Source: an uncultured delta proteobacterium
Lineage (GTDB): Bacteria; Desulfobacterota; Binatia; Binatales; Binataceae
DNA length: 64,000 bases
Assembly: GCA_963733715.1 (NCBI GenBank)
Contig: CAVTEN010000020.1
Coordinates: 215,979 to 279,978, forward strand
Direction of reading: 5' to 3'
Shown: one piece after another, positions 1 through 10,288 of the stretch
How the letters are laid out: each line of letters starts with the position of its first letter
Position numbering within the stretch: position 1 is the stretch's first letter
Position numbers and translations under genes: made by a program
Notes under the pieces: model-generated
Database searches by the model: none
The model's input: only the letters and a program-made list of their open reading frames with translations
What the model was told of the DNA's origin: nothing

Positions 1-74
1 CAATCCTGGTGCGCGATCAACTTATACGTCCCCGCAGTTAACCGCCAGTGAAGCGCTCGCGCAGGAGCAGTCGA

Positions 75-1152
75 TCAGTTGATCGTAGGACCGAACCTGA
101 TCGGACCGGGATAGTCCAGGTTTGTCTTCTTGCTGTTCGGGCTGATCGTCACCGATGGTGTGAGATTTCCACCGAGTGCTCAACTGGCTCTGCGTGAACT
201 CGATCAGATGCGTCTCTGGATCGCAGTGGGCCGATACCCAGAGATCGCCCGAATGATCGAAGTCGATGCCTCCCAGGCAGATCCCGCCGGCGAGTCCGGG
301 CTCAGTCCCAAACGCCGCAGAAGTGATCGTCACTGCGAACGGCGGGGAAACTTCCCCTGCGCCGATGAGATCGGCCGCTGAGATCATCTCGATCTCATCC
401 AGAATGCCCACCGTGAAGTCCGCGCCTGCAATCCACAAGTTTCCCGATCCGTCAAAAGCTAGATCCTGGACTCCGAAATTCGTGGGCAAGTTGACTATCA
501 GGCTCGGATTAGGCGCGCCGCTTGTGGTGCGATCGCCCGGCGCGAATCTCCAGAGCTGGTTGTTCGCGCTCACCCAGAGATTATCGGAACCATCAAAACG
601 CAGCGTTCCGGGAATCCATTGCTTGGAGGAAATAACGATCGCTGGCGAGGGTCTCTTTGTTTCGAACTTATCGGGCGCCATCACCAATAGTTGCTGACCG
701 GCGTTAGTAACGAAGAGATTGTCCGCCGCGTCGAAGCCGAGGCCAAACCATCCAATACTTGTGATGCCGGAGCCGCCCGGCGCAACGAGCCTCCGCTTCG
801 CGAGGTCGCCGCTCCTGAGCGACACAATCTCCGCGCGACGGACTTCCACGATTGAAACGTCGCCTGCCTGAAAACCGCCAAGATCCGTGACCCACAGATC
901 GTTGTGCCGATCGAAGGCGATTGAAAATGGAACCCTGAAGGGCCGCTTGATGCCGAAGGCGAGGCGGGCGTCGGGGGTGCCGCTGGACGCGAGAGCCGCG
1001 CCCTGGAATTCCGAGATGAAGTTTCCGTCGGCGACCCAGAGTCCCTGCGCGTCCACCGCGGCATTGGCTGCTGCGATTTGAATCGAGCAGGCCAATGACC
1101 AGATCGCTGCAATAGCGATCGAACAAATACCGAAATTGCGATTTTGAGACAT
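75..1152 (-). CDS. Secreted NHL/beta-propeller repeat protein, probable frameshift near the C-terminus
   Basis: N-terminal signal peptide; repeated AFD-x-x-x-DLWV / FDGSGNLWI blades. After ~174 the alternative frame gives GGNLTPSVTISPNSKKTNLDYPGPIRFGPTIN* (stop 75-77), which resembles the earlier repeat linkers better than the ORF-track tail ending at 22. Confidence 0.65.
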
Positions 1153-1372
1153 GTCCCCCCACCGATCAAAAGCGCGGCCAATGTTATTGCATTTGCACGC
1201 TTAACTGCCAGTCGAGGGACAACTTTCTGCTTAAATTTCAATCTGCAGGTAATTGTTTCCGAGAGCACGGTCTGTCTGCGCTCGAATTCTCATATGAGAG
1301 CTAAAAACCCTTATATTCACTGAATGGAACGGTTATTGCTGTCTTCCTGGATAAGGCCAAGGAGGCCGGATT

Positions 1373-1759
1373 ATGAAGAAATTTAATAGCAAGATTGTTG
1401 TTGGCGCGGCGCTGGCGCTTTCTCTTGGAGGATTTACAATTCCAGCGAGTGCGTCCGTGCCCCCGCCCCAGCCCACCAAGTACGTCAGCAAGAAGGCTGG
1501 CGGCATCCAGCTCGCTCAGCTCGCACGTGACGTCGATGAAAAAGCCGACGAGGTCCACAATGGAGCAACTGGCACGGTGAACGCCGTCGACGCAGCCCAC
1601 CGCCGGCATGAACGCAACGAGTATCGGCATCACACGATCGAGGGCAAGATCGACAGCAAGGTCGATGAAGTAGGGGCCGAGACGCGCGGAGCCGGACATG
1701 CGATCGAGCGCGCGCACCGACAACACGAAGCGGTCGAGCGTTCTGAAGGCCGCGACTAG
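1373..1759 (+). CDS. Small secreted hypothetical protein with an internal duplicated His-rich helical motif
   Basis: AGGAGG RBS upstream; signal peptide (MKKFNSK...ASA); followed by an intrinsic terminator. Confidence 0.75.
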   Translation: MKKFNSKIVVGAALALSLGGFTIPASASVPPPQPTKYVSKKAGGIQLAQLARDVDEKADEVHNGATGTVNAVDAAHRRHERNEYRHHTIEGKIDSKVDEVGAETRGAGHAIERAHRQHEAVERSEGRD

Positions 1760-1791
1760 CTCGCTCGAACCAAACAGCTGACCTGAAAACC

Positions 1792-1826
1792 AAAAAGGGC
1801 CGCCAACTCTGGCGGCTCTTTTTTTT
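1792..1826 (+). terminator. Intrinsic terminator, possibly bidirectional
   Basis: AAAAAGGGCCGCCA-ACTC-TGGCGGCTC followed by a T8 run. Confidence 0.85.
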
Positions 1827-1914
1827 GAAATCGGCGACCCCGCGGTACGATTGGCGTATGCGTCTCCGTGTTGATGCGTAGTAAGATGCGGCGCCGTGGG
1901 GAGCGCTGAGTCTT

Positions 1915-2910
1915 GTGACTAGACGACGATTTCTGGCGATGGTGGCGCGCGCGAGCGCGATCGTCTCGATGACCGCCGGCAGAGCGCTGGCGTCAATCGC
2001 GCGCTCCGGGGGGATGCAGTATCGGACGCTGGGGCGTACCGGCGCGAAGGTCTCGCTAATCGGGATCGGCGGCTACCATATCGGCCAGCCGAAGGATCCG
2101 CGCGACGGGATTGCGATTATCCGCACCGCGATCGACAACGGCGTGACCTTCATGGACAACTCCTGGGACTACCATCTCGGGGAGAGCGAACTGAGAATGG
2201 GCAACGCGCTGCGCGACGGCTATCGGGACAAAGTGTTCCTGATGACCAAGGTCGACGGGCGCACGCGATGGACGGTAGATTGGCAGCTCGACGAGTCTTT
2301 GAAGCGGTTGCAAACGGACCACGTCGATCTGCTGCAGATTCACGAGGTGATCCGCGACAACGATCCGGATCGGGTCTTCAGTAAAGACGGCGCGATCGAG
2401 GCGCTGCTGGCGGCGAAAAAAGCCGGCAAGATTCGCTTCTTCGGATTTTCGGGGCATAAGACGCCGGCGATGCTGCTCAAGATGATCCGGCTCGCCGACC
2501 AGTATGGCGTCACCTTTGACACGGTGCAGATGCCGCTCAACGTGATGGACGCGCACTACGACAGCTTCCAGCACAACGTGCTGCCGGTCGCGCTCGAAAA
2601 GAACATGGGCGTGATCGCGATGAAGTGTTTCGGCGACAACTTCATCTTGCAGAGCAAAACCGTCACGCCGCTCGAGGCGCTCCATTACACGATGAACCTC
2701 CCGATCAGCACTCTGGTCGTCGGATGCGAATGGATCGGATATGTGCAACAGGCGCTCAACGCAGTGCGGACATTTCGTCCGCTCAGCGAGACGGAGGTGG
2801 CGTCGATCCTCGCGAAGACGGCACAAGCGGCGGTCGGCGGCCAGTTCGAATACTACAAGACGCGCGACACGTTCGACGGAACGTCGAGAAATCTGAAGTG
2901 GCTCGGCTGA
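1915..2910 (+). CDS. Aldo/keto reductase with a twin-arginine-like leader
   Basis: YRTLGRTG..VSLIGIG, FMDNSWDY, LMTK, SLKRLQTDHVDLLQIH motifs; N-terminal TRRRFL. Confidence 0.9.
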   Translation: MTRRRFLAMVARASAIVSMTAGRALASIARSGGMQYRTLGRTGAKVSLIGIGGYHIGQPKDPRDGIAIIRTAIDNGVTFMDNSWDYHLGESELRMGNALRDGYRDKVFLMTKVDGRTRWTVDWQLDESLKRLQTDHVDLLQIHEVIRDNDPDRVFSKDGAIEALLAAKKAGKIRFFGFSGHKTPAMLLKMIRLADQYGVTFDTVQMPLNVMDAHYDSFQHNVLPVALEKNMGVIAMKCFGDNFILQSKTVTPLEALHYTMNLPISTLVVGCEWIGYVQQALNAVRTFRPLSETEVASILAKTAQAAVGGQFEYYKTRDTFDGTSRNLKWLG

Positions 2911-3004
2911 AGTGAAATAGTCAGTGACTATTTTTCGCGACGGAAAGGATATTGGAATGAGGTGCGTCGGTTTGGGATTGACTATTGGCCGCGGCGATAG
3001 CATC

Positions 3005-4737
3005 TCACCTCGGAATGCGGCCTGCAGCGCGTAGAATCCCGCGCGCGGCGTGAGCACGTCGGCGCCGCCATTCAGCGACCTCTCGCCATGCGCCGCGGTC
3101 AGCAGTACGGGAGAGTCAGGGCGGCGGCCGGCGCCGGTAGAGACCGACAGCAGCCCGAACCATTCTTCGTCCCAGTAAGATGGGAAGCCGCTGCCGGGCT
3201 CGCCGAACGGAAACTTGCTTTGCTCGATCGTCGTGTCGTGCGACGACCACGTGGCGGGCCGGCTCTCCGCCTCCTTCCACCATTCGTCCTGGAACTCGAA
3301 GACGTATCCACCCGACAGGATGCCGCCGCCAGTTGTCGAAATTGTCGAATGAGGTCCATAGATGTCGGATGCGATCTGTTGAATCAGCCTGGCCGCACGA
3401 TATCCGGCCGCGCCGTGGAATTCGTCGGCGACCGCGGGACTCGCGCTGACCCATTGCGGGTTCGGTGGCGGCGGCGGCTGTCCGTCGCGGGTCCGAATCG
3501 AAGCGGGCGCGCCCCATTCCGTCAGAACGATCGGTTTGGGTGTGGGATTCGGTAGTTCCGTCTCAATGCCACTGCCGCTCGTGTAGTGGCCGTCGATTAT
3601 CCAGCGCTTGAAGTTCGCCACGTCCTCAGTCTCGGGCCTGCGATACGCGTTGAATCCCCAGACGTCGAGCGCGTAGATGTCGGCGGGATAGGCTCGCCGT
3701 CGATGCGCCGAGCGGCAATCAGGACCAGGGTTGGCGCCTTTGAGATCGACGCAGACCGGAACTGTGCGTCCACCGGGGTGGGTGTTCGCGGTATCTTTGA
3801 ATGTGACCAACGGCTTCAGGAGCATCGGCGCCTCGGGCGGCGGATAATCGGCGAACGCGGTCACGGTCAGTTTGTCTGGTGCGTAGCGTTTCGCGACGGC
3901 GCCGAGCGAATTGAGATACTGCCAATAGTCAATGTACCTGTCGGTGCCGCGCGCGAATGGCAGGTTGGTCTCATTGCCAATTGCAAATCCGAGCACCGCG
4001 GGATGATAGCCATAACGCTGCGCCAGCCACTTGGTAGTGCGCTCGATGTACATTCGCTCGTCGTGCAATGTCGCGGGGTCGGGATTGGCGCCGGGAAAAG
4101 CCAGCCAGGGATCGAGCGCGATTCCGATGACTACGTAAATCGGGTTGACGCCATGATTCCAGCATAGGTCCAGGAATTGATCGCCGCCGTCGTGCGCCGG
4201 CCATCCCGCGAAACCGGCGGGAGCAGTGCTCGCGCCGAAACGGACTCGCTGACTTACACTCCAATCGAGCGTGTTCCATTTTGCATAGTCAGCCGACCCC
4301 ATCGGAACCCATTTCCACCATGCGTAGGTGCGGATGCTGTTGGCGCCGAGTTGACGGACGAGCCCGTCGGGAAAGTTGATGTGCGCGAGGTTGTCGTTGT
4401 AAGTCGATCCCCACAGGTCGCGTATCCAGATTGGACTGTAGGTGAGATTCGCGGGATCGCCCCAGAAGTAATCCGATCCCGGCATCGTCATCGCGGCGTC
4501 GTTGATTGGGCGCGGCGAGTAATCGACGCCCTTGATGACGAAGGGAACCGGTGGGGTGCTGTTCACCGACAGGAGGATGGTCTTGTGATCGCTCGCGACT
4601 GACCACGTCGTGGTCGAGGATCCAGGCGGCAGGAGCGTCGTCGAGTGCGCGTCACTTGCACCGAACGCGATCGCGACGCCGATAACAAATGCGAAGACTC
4701 GAATGTAGTTGGTGCAGGTCGTCGAAAGCTGGATCAA
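3005..4737 (-). CDS. Secreted clan GH-A TIM-barrel glycoside hydrolase; 3' end uncertain
   Basis: Signal peptide; KGVDYSP, LGANSIRTY, AIGNETN (acid/base), DVWGFNAY, VLTEWG (nucleophile), VFEFQDEWWK, EEWFGL. The ORF stays open to 2056 antisense to the AKR, but the plausible domain ends near RAGFYALQAAFRG (~3005). Confidence 0.75.
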
Positions 4738-4928
4738 TTCTCAGAACCCTCCGGCTCACAGGCGGCCGGGTTGGATACCAGCTCAAAACGCGCCCGCTCA
4801 AATGCAAATGACGTACCTTAGGTTTCGTAGTACTTTGAATGTGTCGATCGGATTATTCGTACAATCGGCAATCAGATGCCGCCGTCAGGTGCAGCATCTG
4901 TTAGTTCTGATTCGTGCGCAGAGGATTT

Positions 4929-5393
4929 CTAAAAGGGGATGTCTTCGTCGTCCATCGGCGCGACGTCGTCGCCCGCGCCTCCACCTGCCCCTGCAGGTGC
5001 GCGATTGCGACCGCCACCGCCGAAACCACCGGCGTCATCGCCTGCAGGAGCGCCCCCGCGCGAGCTCAGGAACTGCACGCGCATCGCGACGATGTCAGTG
5101 GCCTTGCGCTTGCCGCTGCCGTCCTTGGCCTCGTATTCGCGGTAAGTAATTCGCCCTTCGATATAAACCGGGCTGCCTTTCTTCAAGTACTGAGCGCAGG
5201 CCTCGCCCTGTTTGCCCCACACGGTGATATTGTGCCACTCGGTGCGTTCCTGCCGCGCGCCGCTCTTGTCGGCGAACGAGTCCGTGGTCGCGATTGAAAA
5301 GCTCGTGACCGAAGACCCCGAGTTGGTGAAGCGAGTCTCCGGATCGCGCCCGAGATTTCCGATGAGAATTACTTTGTTTACCGACGCCGCCAT
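4929..5393 (-). CDS. ssb: Single-stranded DNA-binding protein
   Basis: SVNKVILIGNLGRDPE, TEWH, Gly-rich linker, C-terminal DDEDIPF. Confidence 0.98.
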   Translation of the reverse strand: MAASVNKVILIGNLGRDPETRFTNSGSSVTSFSIATTDSFADKSGARQERTEWHNITVWGKQGEACAQYLKKGSPVYIEGRITYREYEAKDGSGKRKATDIVAMRVQFLSSRGGAPAGDDAGGFGGGGRNRAPAGAGGGAGDDVAPMDDEDIPF

Positions 5394-5494
5394 CTTCGCC
5401 ACCTCGTCATCCAAAAAAGTAGTCCCGCCCCGTACTCAAGGCAAGGCGAGGTCCAGCGTGCCTGTGGATAGCTGTCGCGTTGCGAGGATCGGCT

Positions 5495-5522
5495 TTCGCA
5501 GTCGATCTGTGACCGATATAAT
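5495..5522 (+). promoter_or_regulatory. Putative sigma70 promoter of the rnj-ftsK-lolA block
   Basis: TATAAT at 5517-5522 with TTCGCA 16 bp upstream; GGAGG at 5535-5539. Confidence 0.5.
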
Positions 5523-5551
5523 TCGCCTCGGTGCGGAGGCAGGTTAGGCGA

Positions 5552-7219
5552 TTGGCGGCAAGCACTTCCACGACCGCGCCGGTCAGAATCGTAGCCCTCG
5601 GCGGGCTCGGCGAGATCGGCCTCAATCTGATGGCGATCGAATGCGCCGGGCGCGCGATCGTGATCGATTGCGGCGTGATGTTTCCCGACGAGCCCGGGCT
5701 CGGACTAGGCACCTATGTTCCCGAGATGACGTGGTTCGAGCGCAGCCACGTCGCGGTCGAGGCTGTTGTGCTCACGCACGCCCACGAGGATCACATCGGC
5801 GCGCTGGCGCATCTGCTGCGCCGCTTCAACGTTCCCGTTTACGGCACCGACATTACGCTCGCGTTCACGCGGCGCCGCCTCGCCGATGAGCAGTTCGACG
5901 ATCCAGTCGATCTGCGGACAATCCTGCCGCGCAAAACATTCGAGGCCGGCCCGTTCACGGTCGAGCCGATACGAGTTACGCACTCGACGCCAAACTCGAC
6001 CGCGCTGGCGATTCGCACGCCGGCCGGAATCATCATTCATAGCGGCGACTTCAAGATCGATGACGCCCCTGTCGACGGCCAGATGTTCGATCGCGAGCGC
6101 TTTGCCGAGCTTGGCGCGGAAGGCGTTGCGCTGTTGCTCTCGGACTCAACCAATGTAGAACGCCCCGGCCGCTCGGGCTCCGAAAGCTCGCTCAAGCCGG
6201 TGCTGCGCGAGTTGACGTCGCGCGCGCGCGGCAGATTTTTCCTGTCGGCGTTTTCGTCGCATCTCCATCGGATTCGACAGGTGATCGAGGTCTCGCGCGA
6301 ATTCGGCCGCCGCGTCGTTCCACTCGGGCGCGCGATGGCCGAGAGCGTGCGGCTGGGTCTCGAGACGGGGCAGCTGCCGTTCGGGCAGGCGATGTTCGTC
6401 GATCCGGGCGAGGCCGAATTTCTCGACGGCAATCGGCTGAGCTACCTGACCAGCGGGAGCCAGGGCGAGCCGCTTTCCGCGCTGGCGAAAATTGCCGGCG
6501 ACGCGCATCCGCGCGTGCGTATCGAGCATGGCGACGTGGTCGTGCTGTCCTCGCGCTTCATCCCCGGCAACGAGCGCACCATCAACACGCTGGTGAATCG
6601 GCTCTACAAGCAGGGCGCCGACGTCGTATACGACGCGGTCGCTCCGGTTCACGTTTCGGGTCACGCGAGCCAGGACGAGTTGACGGAGATGATCACGCTG
6701 ACGCGGCCGCGGCACTTCGTCCCGATTCATGGCGAGTACCGTCATCTGAGCCGTCACGTTGCGCTCGCAATCGCCGCGGGAATTCCGGAGCAGAACTGCT
6801 TCCTGCTCGAGGACGGCGATTCGCTCGTGCTGAGCGGCAGCGAGGCCCGTCGCGGATCGACGGTCGAGTCGGGCCGCGTGATGCTCGAAGGCGCGGACGG
6901 CGATCCCGCGGTGGTCGGCGAGCGCCGGGTGCTCGCGCGCGACGGCACAGTAACGGCGATAGTAGTCCTGTCGTCGAAGACCGGGCAGATCGTCGCCGGG
7001 CCCGATCTACTCTCGCGGGGTCTGGTGAGCGGCGATGGAACTTCGGCGCATATGCGTCGCGCGAAGGAAGAATTGACGCGGCGCCTGAACGCGCTCGGCG
7101 GTCCCCTGCATGCAAACGATTCCCGGGTGAAAGAAGAAATCGTGCGCGCGATTCGCCGTTACTTCAGCGACGAGCTGGGCAGGCGCCCGCTGGTGATTCC
7201 TTACGTGACGGAGGTGTGA
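5552..7219 (+). CDS. rnj: Ribonuclease J
   Basis: ALGGLGEIGLN, THAHEDHIG metallo-beta-lactamase motif, SGDFK, SDSTN, GSQGEP, HVSGHA, PIHGEYRH. TTG start at 5552 chosen from the RBS. Confidence 0.96.
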   Translation: MAASTSTTAPVRIVALGGLGEIGLNLMAIECAGRAIVIDCGVMFPDEPGLGLGTYVPEMTWFERSHVAVEAVVLTHAHEDHIGALAHLLRRFNVPVYGTDITLAFTRRRLADEQFDDPVDLRTILPRKTFEAGPFTVEPIRVTHSTPNSTALAIRTPAGIIIHSGDFKIDDAPVDGQMFDRERFAELGAEGVALLLSDSTNVERPGRSGSESSLKPVLRELTSRARGRFFLSAFSSHLHRIRQVIEVSREFGRRVVPLGRAMAESVRLGLETGQLPFGQAMFVDPGEAEFLDGNRLSYLTSGSQGEPLSALAKIAGDAHPRVRIEHGDVVVLSSRFIPGNERTINTLVNRLYKQGADVVYDAVAPVHVSGHASQDELTEMITLTRPRHFVPIHGEYRHLSRHVALAIAAGIPEQNCFLLEDGDSLVLSGSEARRGSTVESGRVMLEGADGDPAVVGERRVLARDGTVTAIVVLSSKTGQIVAGPDLLSRGLVSGDGTSAHMRRAKEELTRRLNALGGPLHANDSRVKEEIVRAIRRYFSDELGRRPLVIPYVTEV

Positions 7220-9453
7220 TCCTCATCGCACGCAGGGAAAAAACCGTCGTTGAGCTGCCTCTGCCCGCTGTGGTCGAGGAGGCTTCAACTGCGCCGTCGC
7301 CGAGCATTCGGATCGCTCGCGAGCTGTGTGCGCTCGCGCTGCTGGCGTTCGCCGCGTTCGGCACGGTCAGCCTCGTGAGCGTCGATATCGGACGGATTCC
7401 CAATCTCGGCGGTCCGGTCGGCGCGGCGATCGCGGCGATGCTCGGCGGCCTGGTCGGATACCAATCGTACACCGCAATGATCCTGGTTGCGTGGCTGGCG
7501 CAGCGCGTGTGGACCGGCGCCAGCGTCGTCACAGTGGCGCGCGAGATTGGCGGCGGCGTACTTTTGATTCTCGCACTCGCGACGGCCAGCGCGTTATGGG
7601 ATCTGCACGACGCCCGCATGGGCGGCGAAGTCGGCGCGAGCATCGCGACTCTGCTCAACGATTCGATCAATCTCGCGGGCGGCTTGATCGTCGTCGCGCT
7701 CGGATTCATCTGCGGGCTTGCCCTGATGCTCAAGCGGGCGCCGACCGAGTTGCTCGCGGGAATTGCTGGCAAAATTCGCCCGCGACGTGACGAGTTCGAA
7801 CTCGCAGATGTTGCGCGAGTTCCGTTCTCGCTGAGCGAGGGCGACGAGGTCGAGACGGATGCGGAGGGCGTCAACGGCAAGCCGTCACCGCTGAAGGTCA
7901 GGCTGCTCGATATTCGCGAGAAGCGCGACAAAGCGGCGGCGTCGAAGCCGCGGCAAAAGGGTGCGTTCAAACTTCCGCCTCAAGCTCTGCTCGATCTGCC
8001 TCCGGCCGAGCACGCGCAGGTGGACGAGAGTCAGCTCGAGCGCAGTGCGCGCGTGCTCGAGCAGAAGCTCGCGGACTTCGGCGTCGAGGGGCGCGTGGTC
8101 GAAGTCCAGCCAGGCCCGGTCGTCACGATGTACAAATTCGAGCCGGGCTCCGGAATCAAGGTTAGTCAAATTGTAAATCTCGCCGACGATCTCTCGATGG
8201 CTCTCAGAGCGGCCGCGGTGCGAATCCAGGCGCCGGTCCCGGGAGAGGCCGTGGTCGGGATCGAAGTACCCAACAAGAAGCGCGAACGCGTTTTTCTGCG
8301 CGAGATTCTTGAAGCCGACGAATTTTCGTCCACGCAAAGTCAGCTCACGATTGCGCTCGGCAAGGATATCGCCGGGCGTCCAGTGGCTGCCGATCTCGCC
8401 AAGATGCCTCATCTGCTGATCGCGGGCGCAACCGGAACCGGCAAGTCGGTCTCGCTGCACACGATGATCGCGTCGATTCTTTTCAACGCGACCGCCGACG
8501 ACGTGCGCCTGATTCTCGTCGATCCCAAGATGCTCGAGTTGTCGGTGTACGAAAATATTCCGCATCTGCTGGTCCCCGTCGTCGTCGATCCGCAGAAGGC
8601 CGCAAGCGCGCTGCTGTGGGCGACGCAAGAAATGGAAGGCCGCTACCTGCGCATGCGCGAGCTGGGCGTGCGAAATATCGACGGCTACAACCAGGCGCTT
8701 GCCTCGGGCACGTCGCTCGCCCAACTCAAGATGGCCGGGCAGAGCGCGCCAGCATCCGACGATCCCAATCAGCCCGCGGTCGGCGCGATCGAGCATCGCA
8801 AGCTGCCGAAGATCGTGATCGTTATCGACGAGCTGGCCGACTTGCTGCTGAGCGAGGGCAAGACCGTCGAGCGCGATATCACGCGCCTGGCGCAGAAGGC
8901 GCGCGCCGCGGGGATTCATCTGATACTCGCGACGCAGCGGCCGTCGGTCGACGTGATCACCGGCCTTATCAAGGCGAACCTGCCAGCCCGAATCTCGCTG
9001 CAGGTTACGTCGCGAGTCGACTCGCGCACGATTCTCGATTCGATCGGCGCGGAACGGCTGCTCGGCGCCGGCGATATGCTCTTCATGCCGCCGGGCAGCG
9101 CCAAACTCCGCCGCCTGCACGGACCGTTCGTCGGCGAGCATGAGATTCGCAAGCTCACCGATTTCCTGCGCGAGCAGGGCGCGCCCGAGTACCGCATGGA
9201 AATCCTCGACACCAAGCCGCCGGGCGAAGACGGCGGCGATGGAATCAGTGGCGAGGTGCAGGACGAGATGTATGATGAAGCGGTGCGAATCGTGATGGAG
9301 ACCAACCAGGCGTCGATCTCGATGATCCAGCGGCGGCTGCGAATCGGCTACAATCGCGCGGCCCGGATGGTCGAGCAGATGGAACGCGAAGGAATCGTGA
9401 TGCCCGCGGACGGCGCCAAGCCGCGCGAAGTCCGGCTGCACAGCGCTCGATGA
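7216..9453 (+). CDS. ftsK: DNA translocase FtsK
   Basis: N-terminal TM region, GPVVT, MPHLLIAGATGTGKS, IDELADL, ATQRPSVDVITG, gamma domain IQRRLRIGYNRAAR. Confidence 0.97.
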   Translation: MILIARREKTVVELPLPAVVEEASTAPSPSIRIARELCALALLAFAAFGTVSLVSVDIGRIPNLGGPVGAAIAAMLGGLVGYQSYTAMILVAWLAQRVWTGASVVTVAREIGGGVLLILALATASALWDLHDARMGGEVGASIATLLNDSINLAGGLIVVALGFICGLALMLKRAPTELLAGIAGKIRPRRDEFELADVARVPFSLSEGDEVETDAEGVNGKPSPLKVRLLDIREKRDKAAASKPRQKGAFKLPPQALLDLPPAEHAQVDESQLERSARVLEQKLADFGVEGRVVEVQPGPVVTMYKFEPGSGIKVSQIVNLADDLSMALRAAAVRIQAPVPGEAVVGIEVPNKKRERVFLREILEADEFSSTQSQLTIALGKDIAGRPVAADLAKMPHLLIAGATGTGKSVSLHTMIASILFNATADDVRLILVDPKMLELSVYENIPHLLVPVVVDPQKAASALLWATQEMEGRYLRMRELGVRNIDGYNQALASGTSLAQLKMAGQSAPASDDPNQPAVGAIEHRKLPKIVIVIDELADLLLSEGKTVERDITRLAQKARAAGIHLILATQRPSVDVITGLIKANLPARISLQVTSRVDSRTILDSIGAERLLGAGDMLFMPPGSAKLRRLHGPFVGEHEIRKLTDFLREQGAPEYRMEILDTKPPGEDGGDGISGEVQDEMYDEAVRIVMETNQASISMIQRRLRIGYNRAARMVEQMEREGIVMPADGAKPREVRLHSAR

Positions 9454-10178
9454 TTTCTTTTTTCAGGAAAGTGTTTTTCAGGAAAGTGCTTTTCAGGAGA
9501 GTGTGGCTGGCGTTCTTTGTGGCGACCGCGGTTTCTCTCGCCGGCGCAGTTCCACTGCATCCCGAGACGATGGCACCGAGCGGTCCCCCCGTAGCCAAGG
9601 ATTTGAAGCAGGCGCTCGATCGCCTGCAGCGGCACTACCGCGATACGAATTCATTCACGGCGAAATTCAACGAGGAGATCGCGACGGTTGGCGCGCCGAA
9701 GCGACAACGTCAAGGCACGGTTTCATTCCGCAAGCCCGGGCGCATGCGATGGGAGTTCGAAACGCCGGAAAAACAAACGATTGTCAGCGACGGCGAGACG
9801 CTCTACAGCTACGATCCTGATCTTAACCAGGTCGTGGAGACTCCGCTGAAGCAGGCGCTCAAGTCGAGCAGCGCGACCTCGTTCCTGCTCGGAATCGGAA
9901 ATATCAACCGCGATTTCAAAGCGGCTTTTGCGAATCCCCCGGCGCCGAACGGCCTCGTCAATCTGATCCTCGACGCGAAGAAGGGCGGCTACAAAATTGA
10001 AGTTGGACTGGATCCGAAGACGTACAACCTGACGACCTTGACGCTCACCGATCAGCTCGGCGACGTGACCAGGATCGATTTCACCGACATTCGCGACAAT
10101 GTGGAACTGCCCGATTCGACTTTTGCGTTCAATGCGCCCGCCGGCGCGGACATCGTAACGGCACCTGCCTCGCCCTGA
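9450..10178 (+). CDS. lolA: Outer-membrane lipoprotein carrier LolA
   Basis: FTAKFNE, RKPGRMRWEF, IVSDGETLYSYDPDLNQV; conserved position after ftsK. Confidence 0.9.
   Translation: MISFFRKVFFRKVLFRRVWLAFFVATAVSLAGAVPLHPETMAPSGPPVAKDLKQALDRLQRHYRDTNSFTAKFNEEIATVGAPKRQRQGTVSFRKPGRMRWEFETPEKQTIVSDGETLYSYDPDLNQVVETPLKQALKSSSATSFLLGIGNINRDFKAAFANPPAPNGLVNLILDAKKGGYKIEVGLDPKTYNLTTLTLTDQLGDVTRIDFTDIRDNVELPDSTFAFNAPAGADIVTAPASP
9459..9503 (+). repeat. 15-bp tandem repeat x3 in the lolA signal-peptide n-region
   Basis: TTTTTCAGGAAAGTG, TTTTTCAGGAAAGTG, CTTTTCAGGAGAGTG, encoding FFRKV FFRKV LFRRV. Confidence 0.9.
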
Positions 10179-10288
10179 CGATCTGATACACTAAAAACGC
10201 GCGATCGCCACTGAAACTCCTGACCGCGATTGCCTCGTGAGTATGCGACCTGTATTTTTAAAAGCCCCGTAGTTTCCCGGTTCCGCTA

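Noticed and set aside
1288-1299. 12-bp palindrome TCTCATATGAGA between divergent genes
   Set aside because: No second copy or adjacent regulator seen; too weak to call.
5463-5471. TGTGGATAG DnaA-box-like site upstream of ssb
   Set aside because: A single 8/9 match could arise by chance; no box cluster or origin features.
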